Assembly (NCBI RefSeq): GCF_051656405.1
Contig: NZ_JBOGBV010000053.1
Location: 13,479 to 77,478, forward strand
DNA: 64,000 nt
Direction of reading: 5' to 3'
Source of the DNA: Paraclostridium sp.
GTDB taxonomy: Bacteria > Bacillota > Clostridia > Peptostreptococcales > Peptostreptococcaceae
Positions 1 through 10,503 of this stretch are shown here, in pieces. A model generated the notes under the pieces. The model made no database searches. It was not told the origin of the DNA and saw only the letters and a list, made by a program, of their open reading frames with translations. The position numbers were made by a program, and so were the translations under genes. Every line of letters starts with the position of its first letter. Position 1 is the stretch's first letter.

Positions 1-1449
1 TATACCTTGCTCAACATATTCTTTTGCTCTTGTATGCCTTAATGAATGAAGTCTAAAATGGTATAATTCACCATTAATATCTCTAATATCTTTTTGTTTA
101 ATTAACCGTTTAATAGTATTTAATAAAGATGTTTTATTTAACGGTTTACCTTTTAATCTACCTTCATAAGTATTAAATAGATATTTCTTAGGATTATTCT
201 CTTCCGTACTTAATTCTTTTGCTTTATCAATAGACTTTTTAACCATTTCAGCGACTTTATCTCTTATTGGTATTTTAAGTTGTGCTATTCCTGTTTTAGT
301 TATTTCACCGCAAAGGTAGTAGTTATATCTTTCTTCTTTGCTATTCCATATTTGCTCTAAGCAATTATCATATCTAAGATTTAGAATATCAGTACCTCTC
401 CATCCAGTTTCACGAAGTAATATATAAATAGGTATAAACTTTGGTCTATCTAAATTCATAATATTACTATCTAATTGTTTTAATATAGGCTCTGGAATAA
501 ATTTAACTCTTTTCATTTCATCTTGTACTTGTTCTCTTTTAGGAATATCATCTTGAAATATTAAAAATGACACTTCTTTTTTAGGTACTTTATCATATTG
601 AGCCATTTGAATATATTCTAAAAACATCCTTATATAGGATATAAATTTGCTTTTATAAGCCACCGATTTATCTTTATAATCGTTATTTACCCAATATAAG
701 TAATTTTCTATATCTCTTCTTGATAAATTTTCTATAAAACCATCTGTATACCCATATGAATAAAATTTATCAAAAAAATAATTTAAATTATTTAATATTT
801 GAAAACAATGATTCCAACTCTTTTTTGTAATTATAGTCTTAAAATATCTTTTTACTATTTGTCTATAATAAATAGGAATCTTATTAAAGTTAATTTTATT
901 ATTATTACAGTGATTTACTCCACTTGCAGGTATTTTTGCACCTTTAATATTTTTTGAATACCATATATCTTTCTCAATTTCATCTCTACTATCATAGAAA
1001 TCTTTAATAAAATCTATCAACACATTAGTAAATGAAAAATATCTTGTTTCTTCTTTAACATATTTTATATCTTCATTAATTAAATAAAGTTTCCATCTGT
1101 TGAATATTTTTACTTTATTTAAATTTGAAAATGTAGTAAACTCACTTTCATTCAAAAATATAGCTAAATGCTTTAGTACACTACCTTGCCTTACGATAAC
1201 TTTATTAGTTAGTAGCCTTTCTTTAAACATATATAAAAAATAATATTTGACTTCATTTTTTATAACAGCATTATCTATATATGAAAAATTAATAGTTTTA
1301 TAATTATAAATAGATTTACCCATGAAAAAATCTTTTGTTATATCCCATTTATCATTGGCTAGCCAATATCCATTATCTTGACTAAGGTATTCTATTATTT
1401 CATCATACTTACTTTTTTGATTATTTTTTATCTCTTGTAATTTTTCCAC
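1..1449 (-). CDS. Tyrosine recombinase, Tn554 TnpB-like; 3' end runs off the window start; not in the ORF track
   Basis: GTG at 1449, 1 nt after the stop of the upstream recombinase. Hand translation starts VEKLQEIKNNQKSKYDEIIEYLSQDNGYWLANDKWD and near the window edge reads ELYHFRLHSLRHTRAKEYVEQGI in the same frame (HxxRH catalytic box); an ETGWRG box-I-like segment lies near 395-412. Confidence 0.85.
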   Translation of the reverse strand, partial: MEKLQEIKNNQKSKYDEIIEYLSQDNGYWLANDKWDITKDFFMGKSIYNYKTINFSYIDNAVIKNEVKYYFLYMFKERLLTNKVIVRQGSVLKHLAIFLNESEFTTFSNLNKVKIFNRWKLYLINEDIKYVKEETRYFSFTNVLIDFIKDFYDSRDEIEKDIWYSKNIKGAKIPASGVNHCNNNKINFNKIPIYYRQIVKRYFKTIITKKSWNHCFQILNNLNYFFDKFYSYGYTDGFIENLSRRDIENYLYWVNNDYKDKSVAYKSKFISYIRMFLEYIQMAQYDKVPKKEVSFLIFQDDIPKREQVQDEMKRVKFIPEPILKQLDSNIMNLDRPKFIPIYILLRETGWRGTDILNLRYDNCLEQIWNSKEERYNYYLCGEITKTGIAQLKIPIRDKVAEMVKKSIDKAKELSTEENNPKKYLFNTYEGRLKGKPLNKTSLLNTIKRLIKQKDIRDINGELYHFRLHSLRHTRAKEYVEQGI

Positions 1450-1450
1450 T

Positions 1451-2578
1451 TTATTCACCCTCTCCACTATAAATGTCTAAGTCTAAATTAGGTTGGGTTT
1501 TATTAAACTCTTTCGTAATCTCTTCATCAGAAGGGTGTATATAAGTGTTTAAAGTAGTATAAATATTTTTATGCCCTGCTCTTATTCTTAATAATTCAGG
1601 TTGCCATCCCGACATCCTTAACAATGTTAGTGAACTATGTCTAAACATGTGTGGAGTAACATATATTCCAGTCTTTCTCTTTAGTGTTCTGAATAAATTA
1701 TCTGCATCAGTATAATTCATAGATTTATACTTATTACTACCACTAATCTTAATGAATATATGGTTGGTTTCAACTTCTTCTGTGTGATACTCTGCTATAT
1801 ACTCCATAAACATATCTGCAAGATTTTGAGAGATATCTATTCTTCGAGGACTTGATACTGTCTTAATTTCAGCATTGTTTTCAAGTTCACCTCTGTCCTT
1901 TAAGTCAATGACCATATCACTTATGTCAAAGTCCTCAATCCATAAAGATAAGGCTTCGCCTATTCTCATTCCAGTTTCATATAACAATGTTAGCAAGAAC
2001 CTATCTCTAATGTTGTTGCAAGTTCTAATGAGTATTCCTATCTCTTCTTTAGATAATGTTTTTGGTTTAGTCTTAGGAACTTTTAATTTTAAGATGTTAC
2101 TTGTTACTTTCTTTTGTTCATATGCTATTCCATATAAGAACCCTTTAAAATTTCTACTTGGAGTAGATACAAACTTTTTAAGTCTATCAGAAATATTATT
2201 ACTATATTCTTCATGTCTTAGAATGTAATCATAAAATGCCAGTACAGTATTAACTATAATATTTACTGTCCTTGGACTTCTCGCTGTTTGTACTTGATGT
2301 GTAGGAATAACTTTCAGACTTTTATATGGATTTTGTAGCCAATTCACAAACAAGGCTAAATCATCAATAGTTACATTTTGAAAATCCAACTCTCTTTGTT
2401 GTAGATATTCAAAGTATAGTTTTAGATGTTGGCAATACATTCTTAAAGTATTTCTTGCATAATCTGTATTATCTTTAAATCTAATAAACTTTAATATAGG
2501 TTCTATTGGTAATCCATTATCATCTGCTACAAAGTATCGTTCTTTTTCATCTTCTGTTTTTACTTTCACTACTTCCAT
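1451..2578 (-). CDS. Tyrosine recombinase/integrase, Tn554 TnpA-like
   Basis: Complete catalytic set: TGMRIGE (R), IKT (K), PHMFRH, AGH, NTY; N-terminal SAM-like region; AGGAG RBS. Confidence 0.9.
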   Translation of the reverse strand: MEVVKVKTEDEKERYFVADDNGLPIEPILKFIRFKDNTDYARNTLRMYCQHLKLYFEYLQQRELDFQNVTIDDLALFVNWLQNPYKSLKVIPTHQVQTARSPRTVNIIVNTVLAFYDYILRHEEYSNNISDRLKKFVSTPSRNFKGFLYGIAYEQKKVTSNILKLKVPKTKPKTLSKEEIGILIRTCNNIRDRFLLTLLYETGMRIGEALSLWIEDFDISDMVIDLKDRGELENNAEIKTVSSPRRIDISQNLADMFMEYIAEYHTEEVETNHIFIKISGSNKYKSMNYTDADNLFRTLKRKTGIYVTPHMFRHSSLTLLRMSGWQPELLRIRAGHKNIYTTLNTYIHPSDEEITKEFNKTQPNLDLDIYSGEGE

Positions 2579-2764
2579 ACTTTAATACACACTCCTATAA
2601 ATTTATATTAATTACTATAAATACTATAATTTTTATAACTATATATTTAGTATTCCAAGTATTAAATTTATTATAAGCGTGTATTTAAACTACTATAAAT
2701 ACCATCTAATTATTTACACTATATTTCTTTTGTGTTATAAATTTATCATTTTGTTTAAATAGTT

Positions 2765-2809
2765 ATAGGGTCTGTCTTAAGAATATAAATATCTTAAAAC
2801 ATACCCTAT
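2765..2809 (-). terminator. Imperfect hairpin after hypD
   Basis: ATAGGGTCTGTCTTAAGA...TCTTAAAACATACCCTAT; weak U-tract. Confidence 0.5.
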
Positions 2810-2832
2810 TTCAATACTTTTTATAAAATATA

Positions 2833-5202
2833 TTAGAAGCTTTGCTCTGTTCTTCCTATTATTTCATCTTGAAGAGCTCTGCTTAAATTATTAAAGTGAT
2901 CACTATATCCAGCAACTCTAACTATTAAATCCTTATATTCATCTGGATTTTTTTGTGCTGCTAGTAATACATTTTTATCAAATACATTAAATTGTATGTG
3001 GTGTCCATCCATATTGAAATAAGCTCTAACTAAGTTAGACATGTTTTCTAGTCCTTCTTCTCCTTGTACTACAGCAGGTGCAAATCTTTGATTTAAAAGT
3101 GTTCCTCCTGTTTTTAAATGGTCCATTTTAGAACATGACTTGATAACAGCTGTAGGCCCATTCGTATCTCCACCTTTTTCCGGAGATATACCTTCAGATA
3201 ATGGTTTTTGACTTAACCTACCATTAGCACTAGCCCCCATAACTTCTCCAAAGTAAACATGGCATGTTGTAGGTAGCATATTTATTCTATACTCAGCTCC
3301 CATAGGAGACTTTCTTCCTGTGACTTCATTATAGAATGAATTAAATACATCTTGCATTAAATCATCTGCATAGTCATTGTCATTACCATACTTAGGAGTT
3401 TTGTTAACTACCATGTTATATATAGCTTCGTATCCATTAAAATTATTTTTTAAAGCTTCTAGTAATTCGCTCATGTTAAACTTTTTCTTATCAAATACAT
3501 TGTATTTGATAGAAGTTAAACTATCTGTTATAGTTCCTATCCCAACACCTTGTATATATTTTGTGTTATATCTTGCTCCACCTGCATTATAATCTTTTGC
3601 AGTTTTTATACAATCATCTACTATAACACTCATAAGTGGGGCTGGCATATGCTTTGAGTATATTCTTTCAATTACATTGTTTCCTTTTACCTTTATTTCT
3701 ACAAAGTGATTTAATTGAGACTTAAATGCATTAAATAACTCTTCGTAAGATTTAAAGTTATTAGGATCACCAGTTTCTATACCAAGTTTTTTATTTGTCA
3801 CAGGGTCTATCCCATTATTTAAAGTTATTTCAAGGATTTTAGGTAAATTTAAATAACCTGTAAGTATATATGCTTCCTTACCATAACATCCTGTCTCTAC
3901 ACAACCACTAGTTCCACCACATCTAGCATCTTCTATTGTTTTACCTGCTTCTAATAACTCTTGAATTATTGCTTCTGTGTTATAAAATGCAGGCTGACCC
4001 CAACCCTTTCTAGAAATTTCACATGCTCTTTTTAAGAACTTACTTGGAGTTTTTTTACTAATTTGTACATTTGAACTAGGTTGTAATAATTTCATTTCAT
4101 CCATTACATCTAGAATTATATAGCTTACATCATTAACTCCATCTTTACCATCTTCCGTTATTCCTCCTGTATTTATATTTGCAAAGTCAGTGTATGTTCC
4201 ACTTTCTTTTAGTGTAACCCCTACTTTTGGAGGTGCTGGTTGATTATTAAATTTAATCCATAAGCATTCTAAAATTTCTTTAGCCATATCTCTATCTAAT
4301 GTATCGTTTTCTATATCATTTTCATAAAAAGGATTTAAATGTTGATCAAATCTACCTGGACTAAATGCATCCCATATATTAAGTTCCGTAGTAACTCCTA
4401 TGTGAACAAACCAATACATCTGAACTGCTTGGTGGAATGTTTCTGGTTTATTTGCAGGTACTACCTCACAATTTTTAGCTATAGTTAATAAATCTTTTTT
4501 CTTAGCTTCATCAGTTTCTTTCTCTGCTAATTGCTTAGCATACTCATGATAACGTTTTCCGTATATAATTAAAGCATCACAAGCAATAGCCATTCCCTCT
4601 AGCTGAGCTTTTTTATCATACGCTTCTTTATCGTTAACAAAATCTAGTTTGCTTATTGCTATTTCAATTTCCTTCTTTAAGTCTAAAAATCCCTTTTTAT
4701 ATATTGTTCCACCACAAACTGTATGTCCTGGGGCTCTTTGTTCCATGAACTCTGTAAAAACTCCATTTTCATAACAATCTATCCATTCTTGTTCCATAGA
4801 ACTAACTATTTTTTGTCTTATTTGTCTATTTTTCCAAAAAGGTATTATTTCATCTTCGTGAATTTTCTTTATATCATCACTCACTTTAAAAGATATAATA
4901 TCTCGTTTATCCATTATATCTAAATCTTCCATTGTATGGCAGCATAATTCTGGATAAGTAGGTGTACTTTGTGGCGAATCTCCTTTTTCTCCAACTATAA
5001 GTTCTCCATCATTTATACAAAGAGTTCTATTTTCCATATAGTGTTTAAACGCTAAAGCTCTAAGTACTGGTATTTCAACACTTCCCTCATATTTCTTATA
5101 TCCTTCTGTCATAAGCCTAGCTCTTTCAATAGTTATAAAAGGTTGAGTCTCTATACTTTGCTTTCTAAGTTTTTTAGTCCTTTCAAAACTTCCTCTTTCC
5201 AT
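2833..5202 (-). CDS. hypD: Glycyl radical enzyme, trans-4-hydroxy-L-proline dehydratase
   Basis: RVAGY glycyl loop and GCVE Cys loop. Segments EQRAPGH, NIWDAF, ESGTYTDF and MLPTT match the C. difficile HypD active-site segments as recalled. Likely start is MERGSF at 5202 (GGGGGA RBS) rather than 5217. Confidence 0.92.
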   Translation of the reverse strand: MERGSFERTKKLRKQSIETQPFITIERARLMTEGYKKYEGSVEIPVLRALAFKHYMENRTLCINDGELIVGEKGDSPQSTPTYPELCCHTMEDLDIMDKRDIISFKVSDDIKKIHEDEIIPFWKNRQIRQKIVSSMEQEWIDCYENGVFTEFMEQRAPGHTVCGGTIYKKGFLDLKKEIEIAISKLDFVNDKEAYDKKAQLEGMAIACDALIIYGKRYHEYAKQLAEKETDEAKKKDLLTIAKNCEVVPANKPETFHQAVQMYWFVHIGVTTELNIWDAFSPGRFDQHLNPFYENDIENDTLDRDMAKEILECLWIKFNNQPAPPKVGVTLKESGTYTDFANINTGGITEDGKDGVNDVSYIILDVMDEMKLLQPSSNVQISKKTPSKFLKRACEISRKGWGQPAFYNTEAIIQELLEAGKTIEDARCGGTSGCVETGCYGKEAYILTGYLNLPKILEITLNNGIDPVTNKKLGIETGDPNNFKSYEELFNAFKSQLNHFVEIKVKGNNVIERIYSKHMPAPLMSVIVDDCIKTAKDYNAGGARYNTKYIQGVGIGTITDSLTSIKYNVFDKKKFNMSELLEALKNNFNGYEAIYNMVVNKTPKYGNDNDYADDLMQDVFNSFYNEVTGRKSPMGAEYRINMLPTTCHVYFGEVMGASANGRLSQKPLSEGISPEKGGDTNGPTAVIKSCSKMDHLKTGGTLLNQRFAPAVVQGEEGLENMSNLVRAYFNMDGHHIQFNVFDKNVLLAAQKNPDEYKDLIVRVAGYSDHFNNLSRALQDEIIGRTEQSF

Positions 5203-5206
5203 ATGA

Positions 5207-6118
5207 TTATCCCCCAATCTTTATTTCAAAATTATTTGCTTTGAAAATTTGTTTTATTTCCTCTAATTTCTCGTCTGAAGGTCGTTTTAAATTTTCTCCT
5301 TCATACTGCATATAAAGCTTTCTGTATTTATGCATTCCTATATTGTGGTATGGCAATATATTAACTTTTGCAATGTTTAAAGGCTTTATAAAATCTATTA
5401 TTTTTTTAATTTCTTCATTGTTATCATCTACATTAACACCTTCTATTAATGGTATTCTTATGTTTATATTTGCTCCTTTTTCACTTAGCATCTTTAAATT
5501 ATTTAGAATTAATTTATTTGATTTATTAGTAAAAAATTCATGTTTTTCATCACTTATTAATTTTATATCATATAAAAATGTATCCACAAATGGCAATATA
5601 GCTTCATAGTTATCAAACTTTGAATGTCCACATGTATCTATTGCTACGTTTATACCTTTTTGTTTTAGTGAAATTACTAGTTTTTTTATATATTCTATAT
5701 CCTGAGTCATTACTTCTCCTCCAGATAAAGTAACGCCTCCACCTGACTCTTCATAAAACGCCATATCTTTTATTAATTCTTTTACTAAATCTTTTATTTC
5801 ATATGTTTTCCCAACTATTTCCCTTGCATTATTTAAGCAACAATCTATACAAGTCTCACAAAATTCACACTTTTCTTTTTCTAATTCAATTACATTTAAA
5901 CCTTTATATATAGCTTCATTAGGGCATTTCTCTATACAAGTCCCACACTTTAAACATTTTTCATCATTGTATAAAACTTCTTTTTTGTAATCCTGACTTT
6001 CTGGATTATGACACCATATACATTCTAAAGGACATCCTTTAAAAAATACTGTAGTTCTAATTCCATCCCCATCATGCAAACTATATTTTTGTATATTCAA
6101 TATGAGTGGCTTATTCAT
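5207..6118 (-). CDS. Glycyl-radical enzyme activating protein (radical SAM with ferredoxin insert), HypD activase
   Basis: HDGDGIRTTVFFKGCPLECIWCHNPE (CxxxCxxC), two extra CxxCxxCxxxC clusters, SGGE; directly upstream of hypD. Confidence 0.92.
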   Translation of the reverse strand: MNKPLILNIQKYSLHDGDGIRTTVFFKGCPLECIWCHNPESQDYKKEVLYNDEKCLKCGTCIEKCPNEAIYKGLNVIELEKEKCEFCETCIDCCLNNAREIVGKTYEIKDLVKELIKDMAFYEESGGGVTLSGGEVMTQDIEYIKKLVISLKQKGINVAIDTCGHSKFDNYEAILPFVDTFLYDIKLISDEKHEFFTNKSNKLILNNLKMLSEKGANINIRIPLIEGVNVDDNNEEIKKIIDFIKPLNIAKVNILPYHNIGMHKYRKLYMQYEGENLKRPSDEKLEEIKQIFKANNFEIKIGG

Positions 6119-6138
6119 TTAATCACCTTCAAATAGTT

Positions 6139-6702
6139 TTAGTTATTATTAAAAGGATTCGGAGTTGCAACAACTATCATCCTTACCATTTTATTTGTAT
6201 AATTAGCCCAATTGTGATTTCTTGAAGAATTGTAGTGTATACTATCTCCAGGATATAATTCATGTTGTTCCCCATCTAAAAATAATGTTAGTGTTCCTTC
6301 TAATACATATACAAATTCTTCTCCTTCGTGAGAATATGACTGTATATCTTCATCTGTATTATTTGGAAGAATATCTAAAAACCTAGGAAGCATAATCTTT
6401 TCCTTTAAGTCATTAGATAAATTGTACTGGATACATCCAGATGTACATATATTAAAAACTTCTTTTTCATAACTTCTAATTATTGGTCTTTTCTTAGTTC
6501 TTGGCTTTAAAAAGAAATAAGATAACTCAACTTCAAATACATCTGCAATGCTTCCTAATGTGTCTGTTGCTATACTAGTTAATCCTCTCTCTAACTGAGA
6601 TAAAAAACCAATAGATAAGTTAGTTTTTTCACTTAAATCTTTTAATGTCATTTTTCTTTGTGTTCTCAAGCTTTTTATCTTAGCTCCTATATGCTCATTC
6701 AT
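6139..6702 (-). CDS. XRE-family HTH-cupin transcriptional regulator (PuuR-like)
   Basis: N-terminal HTH_3 (LSQLERG), cupin HEGEEFVYVLEG; start MNEHIG at 6702 with GAGGGG RBS; 20 nt from the activase start. Confidence 0.88.
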   Translation of the reverse strand: MNEHIGAKIKSLRTQRKMTLKDLSEKTNLSIGFLSQLERGLTSIATDTLGSIADVFEVELSYFFLKPRTKKRPIIRSYEKEVFNICTSGCIQYNLSNDLKEKIMLPRFLDILPNNTDEDIQSYSHEGEEFVYVLEGTLTLFLDGEQHELYPGDSIHYNSSRNHNWANYTNKMVRMIVVATPNPFNNN

Positions 6703-6853
6703 CTTCAACCCCTCTTTCGAAAACCATTTCCTCAATTTAAATATACTACATTGTTATAAATTTGTCTATCATATTTTTTAGTTATAATTAACTTTTTTTA
6801 GTTATATCAAATTTTTTATATGTCAAATTTAATATAAGAAAAGCTATAGGTTA

Positions 6854-8011
6854 TTAACCTATAGCTTTTTCATTTTTATTTTCCTTTTTTACACTACAAA
6901 CAATAAATCCTAAACAAGTTATTACTATCGATAGTATATATATAGTTTTTAATCCAAATACATCTATTCCAAATCCAACCGGTAACTTAATTAATGCAGA
7001 AGAAACACCTATTGCCATTGATGTTAATGTTAAAGCTGTAGCTTGAATCTCACTCGAAAATTTATCTTTTATATATCCAATATATGAAACTAACATTGTT
7101 GAAAATGCTAAAGCTGTAAGCGGAGCTGTAAGTATAAACATCATTGGAGAAGTTGCAAATAAGCAAGTTATCCATCTTATTAAAAATGTAAGTATACCTA
7201 TTTTAAATACTTTTTTATATCCATATTTTAAAACTAACGAATTAATTTTTGACATAAAAAATATTTCAGGTAAAGCTGTAAAGATTACTAGTATACCTAT
7301 ATCACCTTCACTTGCACCTAAGTCAATTAAATATAAACCTTGATATGCATTAGTTACTTCACTAATACTTATAGTACATATAACAATAGCTAAAAGCCAT
7401 AAGTATGATTTATCTTTTATAAGCTCTTTTAAATCTTCTTTCATCGTTGAGCCTTTTAATTTTTCTTCTTCATCATATTTTTTAGAATTTAAAAACGGAA
7501 GTACTATTAAAGAAACCACAAATAAAATTATATAAACTAAGAAGATAATCTTAGAATTTGATGTTACTTTTATAAGTTGCCCTGTTAAAAAACTTATAAG
7601 TGCAAAACCTACAGACCCTCCACTTCTTATAACTCCATAATTTAAATTTTTATGCTTACAATAATCTGTAGTTATATTATCGGCTAAAGGTGATATTGCA
7701 TATCTAAATGCCTCTGCCAACGTAGCTACTATAAGTAATACAGGGAATAATTTTACACTTGAGTACATCCCCATTATTAAACAGTTTATAGCTACACAAA
7801 TTCCAAGTATTTTTTTATCTTTTTTAGTTATATCGGTTATAATTCCCCAAAGTGGAACAACTAATATACCTATTATTGATGGTATAGATGTTATGATTCC
7901 TATTTGCGTAGCAGATAAATTTAATGATCCTTCTAAATATGGAACTATATATGGTATAAATGCTCCTAAACCACCATATATAAGCACATAGTATAAATAG
8001 TATTTTGTCAT
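6854..8011 (-). CDS. MFS transporter (LacY/nucleoside-permease-like)
   Basis: About 12 hydrophobic segments; PLWGIITD and YGVIRSGGSVG motifs. Confidence 0.85.
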   Translation of the reverse strand: MTKYYLYYVLIYGGLGAFIPYIVPYLEGSLNLSATQIGIITSIPSIIGILVVPLWGIITDITKKDKKILGICVAINCLIMGMYSSVKLFPVLLIVATLAEAFRYAISPLADNITTDYCKHKNLNYGVIRSGGSVGFALISFLTGQLIKVTSNSKIIFLVYIILFVVSLIVLPFLNSKKYDEEEKLKGSTMKEDLKELIKDKSYLWLLAIVICTISISEVTNAYQGLYLIDLGASEGDIGILVIFTALPEIFFMSKINSLVLKYGYKKVFKIGILTFLIRWITCLFATSPMMFILTAPLTALAFSTMLVSYIGYIKDKFSSEIQATALTLTSMAIGVSSALIKLPVGFGIDVFGLKTIYILSIVITCLGFIVCSVKKENKNEKAIG

Positions 8012-8120
8012 GTCTTGCTCCCTTCAATCTGTTAAATACACTCCATTATATCATATTTTTGTATTGAAATGACAAAAAAAGACCTAGATATAGATGAAAA
8101 TCTATATCCAGATCTCTTCT

Positions 8121-9368
8121 CTAGTTAGATTTAGAAATCAACCAGTTTTTACCTTCAACTAACCTAGCAACCATCATCGCACAAACAGTGTTTCCTGCTG
8201 AATTTAATAGTGTTGCTGGTGCATCTATAACTGTTCCTAAAACAGTTATTATCGGTAGCATTTCTGGAGAAAATCCAAATACACTAAGTATTAACATTTC
8301 TCCAATTACTCCCCCACCTGGTATAGCACCTACAACAGCACCTACTAAAAACGAAACTACTAATATACTTAATAGTGTTGATGGGTTAGTTATATCCATT
8401 CCGAAAATTCCCATTAAGAATGTTATTTTTAATACTCCTCCAATTACAGACCCGTCTTTATGAATATTAGCACCTAGTGGTACAACTGTTTCAGCTATAT
8501 CATCTGGCACTCCCATATTTTTAGCTGAAACTAGATTCACTGGTATGCATGCTGCACTTGAACAAGTAGCTACCGCTGTAACTGTTGGTCCAACTGCATT
8601 TTTCCAGAAAATTTTTATACCTTCTTTTCCTCCAGCTAAATAAGCATATATTGTATAGAATCCAAAGTAGTATATAACCGTTATTCCTAAATATAATAAA
8701 AATGCAGTTACATAACCAGAAAGTATTTGAGTTCCTAATTCACCTATAACAGATGCAAAGTAACACCCAAGACCTATCGGTGCATAATACATTATTATCT
8801 TTATAATGTTTCCTATAACTTCTGATCCTTCTTCCACAAATTTTGCTATACCTTTTGCCTTTTCTCCAGCCATTGCAGTCGCAAGCCCAAATAGTACCGC
8901 AAATACTATAAGTTGTAACATATTTGACTTTGAAAATAACATGTTAAAATCATTAACTGTTACAGTTTTTACAATTTGATCTAAGAAACTAACTTTTTCA
9001 GCTTCTACGATTTCTCCACTTCCTATTATAGAAGTAAACATGCTAGAATCTAATCCTTTAGTTGGGTTTAAAATTATAGCTCCTAAAATACCTATTAATG
9101 CTGCTATGAATGCTGTTGATAAAAATACTATAACAATATTACCCATTATTTTCCCTAATCTTTTCATAGTGTTCATATTTGCTATTGCTGATGAAACACT
9201 GAAAAATACAAGAGGCACTAGTGACATAAATAATAAATTTAAAAATAAGTCCCCAAAAGGCTTTAGCATGGTAGCTTTAGGTCCTAAAACTACACCTACA
9301 ATTCCTCCGATTAATATTGCGCCTAGTAATATTAATGATGATTTATAATTTTTCAAAAATTTTTTCAT
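8121..9368 (-). CDS. Dicarboxylate/amino acid:cation symporter (DAACS)
   Basis: TCSSAACIP serine-rich motif, PLGANIHKDGS, GAIPGGG. Confidence 0.9.
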   Translation of the reverse strand: MKKFLKNYKSSLILLGAILIGGIVGVVLGPKATMLKPFGDLFLNLLFMSLVPLVFFSVSSAIANMNTMKRLGKIMGNIVIVFLSTAFIAALIGILGAIILNPTKGLDSSMFTSIIGSGEIVEAEKVSFLDQIVKTVTVNDFNMLFSKSNMLQLIVFAVLFGLATAMAGEKAKGIAKFVEEGSEVIGNIIKIIMYYAPIGLGCYFASVIGELGTQILSGYVTAFLLYLGITVIYYFGFYTIYAYLAGGKEGIKIFWKNAVGPTVTAVATCSSAACIPVNLVSAKNMGVPDDIAETVVPLGANIHKDGSVIGGVLKITFLMGIFGMDITNPSTLLSILVVSFLVGAVVGAIPGGGVIGEMLILSVFGFSPEMLPIITVLGTVIDAPATLLNSAGNTVCAMMVARLVEGKNWLISKSN

Positions 9369-9579
9369 TTGTCTTCTCCTTTTAATACTATCGCTTTAAT
9401 GCACAATGAATTTTATTATATTATTATTTTTTTACCATGTACATTGCGTAAAATGCCCTATGCATTGTAAAAAGTGCTATACTATATATAGACGATTACA
9501 ATTTATCTTATTTACGGTATATTAAATTGTAAATATTTTTAAAGTTATTACTATTATTTGAATATGAGAGGTTGTTTTT

Positions 9580-10464
9580 ATGGATATAAATAAAGAAAAT
9601 ATAGATAAGGTTGGATATCTTGATGATAATTTTAAAATATTTCATATAAAGGATATGAGGGATATAAAGTTTGACTATCATCATCATGACTTTAATAAAA
9701 TTACAATTTTAATCTCTGGTGATGTAGATTATTTAGTAGAAGGAAAATCATATAAATTAAAACCTTGGGATATTTTATTTATAAATAATACTGAAATACA
9801 TAAACCTATTATAAATCCTAATAAATATTATGAACGTATAGTTATATGGATAAATCCAGAATATATAGAAAAACATAATATATACGGAGATGATTTATTC
9901 ACTTGTTTTAATATATCAAGTAAAAATAAATCTAATTTGTTAAGACTTAATCCAAATGACTTAGAAAATTTAAAAAATATTTTATTTAAAATTAAAGCTG
10001 CTGAATCTTCTGATGAGTTTGGCCATATTATACTTAAAAATTCTTTATTTATACAATTCTTAGTTTTAATTAATAGACTATTTTTAAAAAGCGATGATAC
10101 TTCAGAGGATGTTGAGTACGATGAAACAATTCAACAAATTTTTAGTTATATAAATGATAATTTAAATAAAGATTTATCTATAGACACTATAGCTAATAAA
10201 TTTTTCATGAGCAAGTATTATCTAATGCGTAAATTCAAGTCTCAAACCGGAAGCTCTCTACATAGCTATATAGTTCAAAAAAGACTTATTTATGCTAAGT
10301 CATTAATAAAAAAGGGATATCTTATGAGTGATGCTTGTATAGAATGTGGATTTAAGGATTATTCAAGTTTTGTTAGAGCTTTTAAAAAAGCTTACGGAGT
10401 TTCACCTAAACATTATTTAGATAGGATAAGTGAATTCGAAAAAAATCCATTTGATATAGAATAA
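9580..10464 (+). CDS. AraC-family transcriptional regulator, divergent from the DAACS gene
   Basis: N-terminal cupin (HHHDF), C-terminal CGFKDYSSFVRAFKK. Confidence 0.92.
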   Translation: MDINKENIDKVGYLDDNFKIFHIKDMRDIKFDYHHHDFNKITILISGDVDYLVEGKSYKLKPWDILFINNTEIHKPIINPNKYYERIVIWINPEYIEKHNIYGDDLFTCFNISSKNKSNLLRLNPNDLENLKNILFKIKAAESSDEFGHIILKNSLFIQFLVLINRLFLKSDDTSEDVEYDETIQQIFSYINDNLNKDLSIDTIANKFFMSKYYLMRKFKSQTGSSLHSYIVQKRLIYAKSLIKKGYLMSDACIECGFKDYSSFVRAFKKAYGVSPKHYLDRISEFEKNPFDIE

Positions 10465-10503
10465 AAAAACATGTCTAAAGTTTAAACTTTAGACATGTTT
10501 TTT
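10463..10503. terminator. Bidirectional intrinsic terminator
   Basis: AAAAAACATGTCTAAAGTTTAAACTTTAGACATGTTTTTT between convergent genes. Confidence 0.85.

Larger units (their letters stand above)
1..2710 (-). mobile_element. One end of a Tn554-like element with tandem tyrosine recombinases; boundary approximate
   Basis: Coupled tnpA-like/tnpB-like pair; repeated TACTATAAAT boxes upstream of tnpA (2613-2622, 2691-2700); abuts the hypD terminator. Confidence 0.7.

Noticed and set aside
2701-2749. GATGGT (minus strand) as a Tn554 GATGTA core, and TGTTATAAATTTATCA as a Rex box
   Set aside because: Two or more mismatches in short motifs in very AT-rich DNA; cannot be supported without an empty-site comparison
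2833-5217. Pyruvate formate-lyase or choline TMA-lyase
   Set aside because: Single-Cys GCVE loop (PFL has CC) and HypD-type active-site segments; no microcompartment genes. The cutC at 13803 is the unrelated copper-homeostasis family
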